Below are positions 21,615 to 28,096 of a stretch of DNA of 28,096 nt, in pieces. The number at the start of each line of letters is the position of its first letter. The stretch's first letter is position 1. Source of the stretch: an uncultured Planctomycetota bacterium (GTDB lineage Bacteria > Planctomycetota > JACOTG01 > JAUIME01); contig CAZQZX010000067.1 of NCBI GenBank assembly GCA_964597885.1, forward strand, positions 1-28,096. The letters are read 5' to 3'. A model generated the notes under the pieces. It was not told where the DNA came from. It searched no databases and saw only the letters and a program-made list of their open reading frames with translations. A program made the position numbers and the translations under genes.

Positions 21615-23051
21615 TCCGGACGGCAGCCCGTACAGGAACGTCCAGAGCGGTACCTCGTAGATGTCCTCGAAGAGCGTCTCTCGGATACGCTTCTTCGTCG
21701 TTCCCTGGGTGAGGAGATAGCCCGAACGGCACTTCTCCTTGCCCATGAACGAGCACAGATCCTGGATGTCGTCCGGCATCGCGTCGGGCCGGTAGGCGAG
21801 CGCGAGAGGGATGACCTCCTTGTCCGTCTCGAGCACGGCGTCGACGTAGACCTCGCGCGTTCCGAGGCGATCGCGGTAGTGATGAAGCTTCCAGCCGCGA
21901 TCGCGCGCGAGCTCTCCGAGGTGCGTCATGAGCACGGTGCGCGCGAGCGTGTCGAGCTCGGACGGTCGCTGCAGATACTCTTCCCCGCGCATCAACACCG
22001 CGTTGCGAAGGCTGCCGTCCACCACGTAGATCTGCGGACGCGAGCGAAGACCCTTCGTCGACTTCCCCCGGAAGTTCCGCACGAGGTAGATCAGCAGCGT
22101 GCTCTCCATGTGCTGGATGTACTGCGACACGGTCGAGCGCGCGATCCCGAGGCTGATCGCGAGGTCCGACAGGTTGAAGCGGTTGCCGGTCTGCAGCGCG
22201 ATGTGGATGAACAGCCGCTCGAGCTCCGGAAGATTCTGCGCACCGTAAATGTGCGCCATGTCGCGGAAGAGAATTCGCTCGACGACATCCTCGCGCAGGT
22301 GCTTCTGGATCAGCGACGGGCTCCGTCCCATGTGCGCGACTTCGGGGAAACCGCCGCGGAGCAGGAACTCGTTGAACAGCGGGATGAGCGTCCGATTCGT
22401 GTGATGGTTCTCGAGGAGATCCTCGGGATCGATTCGCGGCGGCTCGGCGCTCAGAAAAGCAGGGGCGTCGATCCGGCTGCCCGGTCTCACAATCGAGACA
22501 AACTCGCGAAAGCGCAGCGTCGGCAGCCGAAGGTTGTGCCACTGTGCCGGGTCGAAGCGCGAGCGCCCCTTGGGTTTCATTCCCTCGGCGAACGTACCCG
22601 TGGCCACGATGTGCGACGGGATGTTGTCGCGCCGCGTGACGAGATCGACGCCTTTGGTCCAGTCCCTCGACGCGTGCACCTCGTCGAGCAGGAACGTGCA
22701 GCTACGCGCGGATCCGAGCACGTTCTTCAGATAGAAGCGGACCAGGTCCTCGAAGTCCGTGAGCTGGATCAGAGGGTGGTCGAGCGCCACGTAGAAGATC
22801 GATCGCGGATCCGTACCGCGCTCGAGGAGCTCCTGGACGAGCTGATGCAGGAGCGTCGTCTTTCCCACCCGTCGCGGCCCGGTCAAGAGCACGCGTGCGT
22901 CCGCCCGGTCGTCCGCGACGAGCGCCGAGAGGTCTCCGAGCGCCTCGCGCGCTACCGGCGGAGCATGTTCCTTGGGAACTTTGCCGGTGCTCCACCACGG
23001 GTTGTATCCGTGCAGAACGCCATGCACGGAGTCGGGCTGGACTGGAAACAT
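21576..23051 (-). CDS. AAA+ superfamily ATPase (COG1373-like; AAA_14 + DUF4143-type architecture)
   Basis: A P-loop (GPRRVGKTT) and a Walker B-like motif (FLLDEVH) are followed by a winged-helix-like C-terminal region. The plausible start is MFPVQPDSVHGVL... (ATG 23049-23051); the upstream GTG in the track is less likely. The 3' end overlaps the convergent monooxygenase gene by 39 nt. Confidence 0.7.
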   Translation of the reverse strand: MFPVQPDSVHGVLHGYNPWWSTGKVPKEHAPPVAREALGDLSALVADDRADARVLLTGPRRVGKTTLLHQLVQELLERGTDPRSIFYVALDHPLIQLTDFEDLVRFYLKNVLGSARSCTFLLDEVHASRDWTKGVDLVTRRDNIPSHIVATGTFAEGMKPKGRSRFDPAQWHNLRLPTLRFREFVSIVRPGSRIDAPAFLSAEPPRIDPEDLLENHHTNRTLIPLFNEFLLRGGFPEVAHMGRSPSLIQKHLREDVVERILFRDMAHIYGAQNLPELERLFIHIALQTGNRFNLSDLAISLGIARSTVSQYIQHMESTLLIYLVRNFRGKSTKGLRSRPQIYVVDGSLRNAVLMRGEEYLQRPSELDTLARTVLMTHLGELARDRGWKLHHYRDRLGTREVYVDAVLETDKEVIPLALAYRPDAMPDDIQDLCSFMGKEKCRSGYLLTQGTTKKRIRETLFEDIYEVPLWTFLYGLPSGSTACRSGSPCAP

Positions 23052-23164
23052 GGGGCGACGATTGTAATGAGTTTCGGTTGGAGAGAAGAGGGGAAAATCC
23101 GAAGTCGGTGGCGCCTCGCGAATTGACCGCACGCACCGCGAACGCGACGTCCGCGCGTCCGGCG

Positions 23165-23812
23165 TTATCCGCGTTTGCCCCGGTCGCGCGCGCGCTCAGC
23201 GAGCAACGCTTCGATCGCCGACTCGAGCTGTTCGATCGGAGCCGCGTTGTTGAGATCGGCGAAGCGCAACGTCCCTTCGTGATCGATCAGGTGCAGGTCG
23301 GGATAGCCGTCCACGTAGTACGCGGCCGCGGTACGATTCCCTTGTGCTTCGATCCCGATCGGATACTCGATATTGTGTTGCTTCACGTAACCCGCCACCT
23401 TGTGCGCGTCACGATCCGTATGCACGCCGAGCACCACGAGGCCCTGGTCGGCGTACTTGCGGTGAAGCTCCTTCATGACGGGAGTGAGCTTCTTGCAGGG
23501 GCCGCACCACACGCCCCAGAAGTCGAGGAGCACCACGGACCCGCGCAGGGACGCGATCGAGAGGCCGCGTCCGTTCAGGGTCGCCCGAAGCTGCAGCTCC
23601 GGAGCCGGCATCCCCTGGATCTTCGCGAGGCGCGCTCGCTGTCGGGAGCCCCCCTCGAAGGGGATGGGCAGTCGCGGCTCGATCGCGGCAGGAGTCGATT
23701 CGGTCGCGACGACATCGCCCTCCGAGCTACCGCCGCATCCGGCGACGAGGGGCAACGTCCAAACGGTCAGGAACAGCACAAGCAGAGGCCGAGCGCCCGT
23801 GAAACGTGACAA
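23165..23812 (-). CDS. TlpA/ResA-family thiol-disulfide oxidoreductase lipoprotein (thioredoxin fold)
   Basis: The lipobox is LVAGC, the active site is WCGPC, and the fold matches TlpA-like proteins. The start codon at 23812 is TTG, preceded by AGGGAG 9 nt upstream. Confidence 0.8.
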   Translation of the reverse strand: MSRFTGARPLLVLFLTVWTLPLVAGCGGSSEGDVVATESTPAAIEPRLPIPFEGGSRQRARLAKIQGMPAPELQLRATLNGRGLSIASLRGSVVLLDFWGVWCGPCKKLTPVMKELHRKYADQGLVVLGVHTDRDAHKVAGYVKQHNIEYPIGIEAQGNRTAAAYYVDGYPDLHLIDHEGTLRFADLNNAAPIEQLESAIEALLAERARDRGKRG

Positions 23813-23903
23813 GGATTTCGTCTCCCTGGATCGATGCTTTTCTCCTCCGCCGGCGCCATCATAGCACGGAATCCGCGGATCGCCCGGAGACGCGGCACGG
23901 CGG

Positions 23904-26207
23904 TCAGACCGATTCGACGTGCGGCTTTTCTCCCGCCCCCTCGGCGAGGCGCCAGGCGAGCGCCGAGTGACGCGGCTGGTCTCGCTCGTTGCGCACCGAC
24001 AGGGCCAGCGCGCGACGCGAGCCGACCACGACCACCAAGCGCTTGCCGCGCGTGATCGCGGTGTAGATCAGGTTGCGCTTGAGCATCACGAAGTGCTCGG
24101 TGTGGAGCGGGATGACCACGGCCGGGAACTCGCTGCCCTGCGACTTGTGGATCGAGCAGGCATAGGCGTGCACGAGATCGTCGAGGTCCCCGAAGTCGTA
24201 GACGACCGGACGTCCGTCGAACGCGACGGAGATCTTGCGCTCCTCCTCGTCGATCAGAGCGACGCGGCCGATGTCGCCGTTGAAGACGTCCTTGTCGTAG
24301 TCGTTGTGGATCTGCATCACCTTGTCGCCGATCCGGAAGACCCGATCGCCACGCGCCACCGATGCGCCGTGCGGATTCAAGAGCGACTGCAGCTCCTGGT
24401 TGAGGCGCACCGAGCCGAGCACGCCCTTGTGCATCGGCGTGATGACCTGGATGTCCTCGATGGAACGCAGCCCGAAGCGCTCCGGGATCCGCTCCGACAC
24501 GAGCCGCTTGATCACCGAGAGCGCGTCTTCGGGCTCCTCGCTCTCGTGGAAGAAGAAGTCGCCGGTGTCGGCTTCGGGTCTCAGGTACGGCATGTCGCCG
24601 TGATGGATGCGATGCGCGTTCACGACGATCAGGCTCTCGCCCGCCTGCCGGTAGATCTCGGTGAGTCGCACGACCGGCACGCGTCCGCTCTCGATCACGT
24701 CGTGAAGCACGCGCCCGGGCCCGACCGACGGCAACTGATCGACGTCGCCGACGAGGATGAGACGGCCGTTCAGCGGGATCGCGTCGACCAGCTGATGGAA
24801 GAGCACCTGATCGACCATCGACACCTCGTCGACGATCACCAGCTCGGCTTCGATCGGCGTATCCTGATCGCGCCCGAACGAGACGGTGCGCGGATTGAAC
24901 TCGAGCAGGCGATGGATCGTGCGCGCCTCGCGTCCGGTCGCCTCGCTCATGCGCCGGGCCGCGCGTCCCGTCGGAGCGGCCAGCTCGACCTTCTGCACCT
25001 TCTTCTCGAAGACCCGGATGATCGCGTTGACGAGCGTGGTCTTGCCGGTACCCGGACCGCCGGTGATGACGACCACCTTGCTGCGAACGGTCTCGGCGAA
25101 GGCGCGACGCTGTTCTTCGCCGAGCTGATGCCCCGCCTGTTCTTCGTACCAGCGGATCGCGCGCTCGGTGTCGATGCGCACGGTTCGCGCGGGCGTTTCG
25201 ACGAGCTCGCGAAGGCGCTCCGCAGAGTGCGTTTCGCAGAGGTACAGCGCCTCGAGATAGACGGCCGGCTCGCCCGCGACCTCATCGATGACGACCCGTG
25301 CCGCGCGCCCGAGCTCGTCGACCCCGCGCCCGATCAGGTCGGCCGCGATCGCCGGGGTGATCTTGTGCGGCTCGCCGCCGTCCTCGACCGTCACCTCCGC
25401 GCCGACGAGCGCCAGCGTCTCGGCCGTCTTGCGCTCGAGCAGCTCGCGCGGCGCGTAGACGTTGCCGGCCTGCGACATCTGATCGAGCGTGTGCAGGACG
25501 CCGGCCTGGATCCGCTGCGGCGCGTCCGGTCGCAGCCCGAGGTTCGCGGCGATCTGGTCGGCGGTCTGGAATCCGATGCCGGGGATGTCGGCGGCCAGGC
25601 AGTACGGGTTCTGCTGGACGCGCGCGATCGCACGGCTTCCGTACTGCTTGAAGATCTTTACCGAGTAGTTGGTCGACACGCCGTGCGTCTGCAGGAAGAT
25701 GACGACTTCCTGGATCTGGTTCTGCTCGGCCCACGCTTCGCGGATCGTGTCCACGCGCTTCGGCCCGATGCCGTCGATCTCGGCGAGCCGCGCGGTCTGG
25801 TGCTGGAGGATCTCGAGCGTCTCGAGCCCGAACTTCTCGACGATGCGCTCCGCCATCACCTCGCCGATGCCGGGGATCAGTCCCGACGCGAGATACTTGC
25901 GGATCCCGACGAGCGTCGCCGGCTTCATGGTGACGTAGCTGTCGACGCGGAACTGCTCGCCGAAGCGCGGGTCGCGCACCCAGCGGCCCTTCATGCGAAG
26001 CGTCTCGCCGGGACGAATCCCCAGGAGCGTGCCGACCGCGGTGACGGGCTCCTTGCGCCGCCGGATCATGAGCTTGGCCACGCTCCAACCGTTGTCTTCG
26101 TTCTGGAAAACGAAGCGGTCGACCGTGCCCTCGAGAGAGCTCAGGTCGTCGTCGCCGCGGCCCGATCGGGCGGACGACGGTTCGGAAGCGTCCAGTGGTC
26201 GGCTCAA
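23904..26207 (-). CDS. recD2: RecD2-like SF1 ATP-dependent DNA helicase (RecD/TraA family)
   Basis: An N-terminal RecD2-type domain (LEGTVDRFVFQNEDNGWSVAKLMIRRR; HhH region GIGPKRVDTIREAW) is followed by Walker A (GGPGTGKTT), a DEVSMVD motif, and C-terminal SH3/helicase motifs (ACSIHKSQGSEFP, ITRGKRLVVVVG). The annotated start is TTG at 26207, so the exact start is uncertain. Confidence 0.85.
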   Translation of the reverse strand: MSRPLDASEPSSARSGRGDDDLSSLEGTVDRFVFQNEDNGWSVAKLMIRRRKEPVTAVGTLLGIRPGETLRMKGRWVRDPRFGEQFRVDSYVTMKPATLVGIRKYLASGLIPGIGEVMAERIVEKFGLETLEILQHQTARLAEIDGIGPKRVDTIREAWAEQNQIQEVVIFLQTHGVSTNYSVKIFKQYGSRAIARVQQNPYCLAADIPGIGFQTADQIAANLGLRPDAPQRIQAGVLHTLDQMSQAGNVYAPRELLERKTAETLALVGAEVTVEDGGEPHKITPAIAADLIGRGVDELGRAARVVIDEVAGEPAVYLEALYLCETHSAERLRELVETPARTVRIDTERAIRWYEEQAGHQLGEEQRRAFAETVRSKVVVITGGPGTGKTTLVNAIIRVFEKKVQKVELAAPTGRAARRMSEATGREARTIHRLLEFNPRTVSFGRDQDTPIEAELVIVDEVSMVDQVLFHQLVDAIPLNGRLILVGDVDQLPSVGPGRVLHDVIESGRVPVVRLTEIYRQAGESLIVVNAHRIHHGDMPYLRPEADTGDFFFHESEEPEDALSVIKRLVSERIPERFGLRSIEDIQVITPMHKGVLGSVRLNQELQSLLNPHGASVARGDRVFRIGDKVMQIHNDYDKDVFNGDIGRVALIDEEERKISVAFDGRPVVYDFGDLDDLVHAYACSIHKSQGSEFPAVVIPLHTEHFVMLKRNLIYTAITRGKRLVVVVGSRRALALSVRNERDQPRHSALAWRLAEGAGEKPHVESV

Positions 26208-26429
26208 AGGTTCTCGTCCCGCGAGCGAGGTGGTAAGCGGCCCGCGTCGATCGCAAGCGTGGCCCGGGTCCGTGGCGCGCGTCCGCCCAGACGCCCTCGC
26301 AGGGGGGCCTCGAGGCGCCCCGGACCGTTCTTGCCCCTACCTTACCTTCCCCCAAGCTCGATCGGGAGGGCGCGACGCCCCCGGAGGGCCCGATCGCTCC
26401 ATCTATCGGTCTGCCAATCAGCTGCGGAC

Positions 26430-26453
26430 TTTCGATACAGATCGGTATCGAAA
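26430..26453. promoter_or_regulatory. perfect 9-6-9 palindrome TTTCGATAC-AGATCG-GTATCGAAA; candidate operator in the recD2 / Rrf2-suf divergent region
   Basis: Exact inverted repeat with 9-bp arms. It lies 120 bp upstream of the Rrf2-family regulator gene. A TATAGT -10-like hexamer (26497-26502) containing the palindrome TAGTACTA lies between it and the gene. Confidence 0.4.
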
Positions 26454-26572
26454 TTTTAAGTTTTTTCGCGACCTGTCCTTGCCCACTGCCGAAGGATATA
26501 GTACTAAAAGTGTCCTCTTTCGAAGGGGATCGCGAAGACACTCATTCTCCGAGACACTCTCGACTCGTTTCT

Positions 26573-27136
26573 ATGCTTCGAATCACACGTGAGACCGATT
26601 ACGGGGTGGTCCTTCTGACCCGCCTCGCCACCGCCGGCGAGGGCGTCATGCTCGCCGCGAGCGATCTCGCGAACGACACCCGGATTCCCCAGCCGACGGT
26701 CAGTAAGATCCTCAAGGTCCTGACCCGAGGGGGCATCCTCGCCTCGCACCGCGGCGCCAAGGGCGGCTACTCGCTTCTGCGCAGCCCGGAGGCGATCACC
26801 GTCGCCGAGATCATCGAGATCCTCGAAGGACCGATCGCGCTCACCGATTGCGTCGATCAGCCCGCCGGGAACCATGCCGACTGCCAGCACGTCGGCACGT
26901 GCCCCGTGCAGGCCAACTGGAACCGGATCAACCGGGCCATCCAGGACACTCTCGCGGCAATCAGCCTCGCCGAGATGGCGAACGGCGCTCCCCCGCTTCG
27001 CACCAACGGCAACGGCGCCGGCGGAAAGAACGGGGCTCAGACGGGCCTCGCCGGCAACGGCAACGGGGCCGGCGGCGACGCGACGAACGGCGGCGCATCC
27101 GGTGGAGGCGAGCCGGTTCAGCCGATGCAAGTCTGA
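26573..27136 (+). CDS. Rrf2-family transcriptional regulator (IscR/NsrR-like, three clustered Cys) with a Gly/Asn-rich C-terminal tail
   Basis: The N-terminus [19 protein letters not shown]... plus a wHTH match Rrf2. Cys ligand spacing is C-x11-C-x5-C ([19 protein letters not shown]). The 50-aa tail ([35 protein letters not shown]) is encoded by a 51-bp-period direct repeat at 27003-27074. The plausible start is ATG 26573; the track's start at 26510 is further upstream. Confidence 0.8.
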   Translation: MLRITRETDYGVVLLTRLATAGEGVMLAASDLANDTRIPQPTVSKILKVLTRGGILASHRGAKGGYSLLRSPEAITVAEIIEILEGPIALTDCVDQPAGNHADCQHVGTCPVQANWNRINRAIQDTLAAISLAEMANGAPPLRTNGNGAGGKNGAQTGLAGNGNGAGGDATNGGASGGGEPVQPMQV

Positions 27137-27243
27137 CCGCGAGACGAGAAGCGACACACGACCAACGATACAGAAGCGGCAGGCCGACGCTCGCCGCCTT
27201 CGATAACGCAGCAACGACAACGAATTTGGCCGGAGGCAAGACC

Positions 27244-28096
<853 letters not shown>

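Overview
This is a high-GC (roughly 68-70%) bacterial chromosomal segment with dense, mostly co-directional coding and several 4-nt ATGA stop/start overlaps. I can support about 21 protein genes, one tRNA-Gln(TTG) and several intrinsic terminators. I found no transposase or integrase genes and no CRISPR array. Many long ORFs in the six-frame track are antisense or out-of-frame shadows of the real genes, which is typical of GC-rich DNA, and I ignored them.

Gene order, left to right:
- a 5'-partial BNR/sialidase-like gene;
- a minus-strand cluster uppS - nth - ABC-2 ATPase - ABC-2 permease - blaI-like repressor - BlaR1-like M56 peptidase, whose C-terminal half is an approximately 480-aa coiled coil encoded by DNA tandem repeats;
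- a PhzF-like isomerase overlapping a group II PLP decarboxylase, followed by an outer-membrane beta-barrel gene;
- an SPFH/band-7 gene plus a small ORF;
- tRNA-Gln;
- a giant (about 1465 aa) secreted ThuA-LamG-beta-propeller protein whose signal peptide lies upstream of any ATG/GTG start;
- a TetR regulator overlapping a three-domain periplasmic redox protein (redoxin + CXXCH cytochrome c + PHM/DBH-like copper monooxygenase);
- an AAA+ ATPase, a TlpA-like thioredoxin lipoprotein and a RecD2-like helicase;
- an Rrf2 regulator followed by the start of sufB.

The most unusual items are the TetR-controlled redoxin-cytochrome c-copper monooxygenase fusion, the BlaI/BlaR1 pair with a repeat-built coiled coil in place of a sensor domain, and the giant secreted protein with a non-canonical start.
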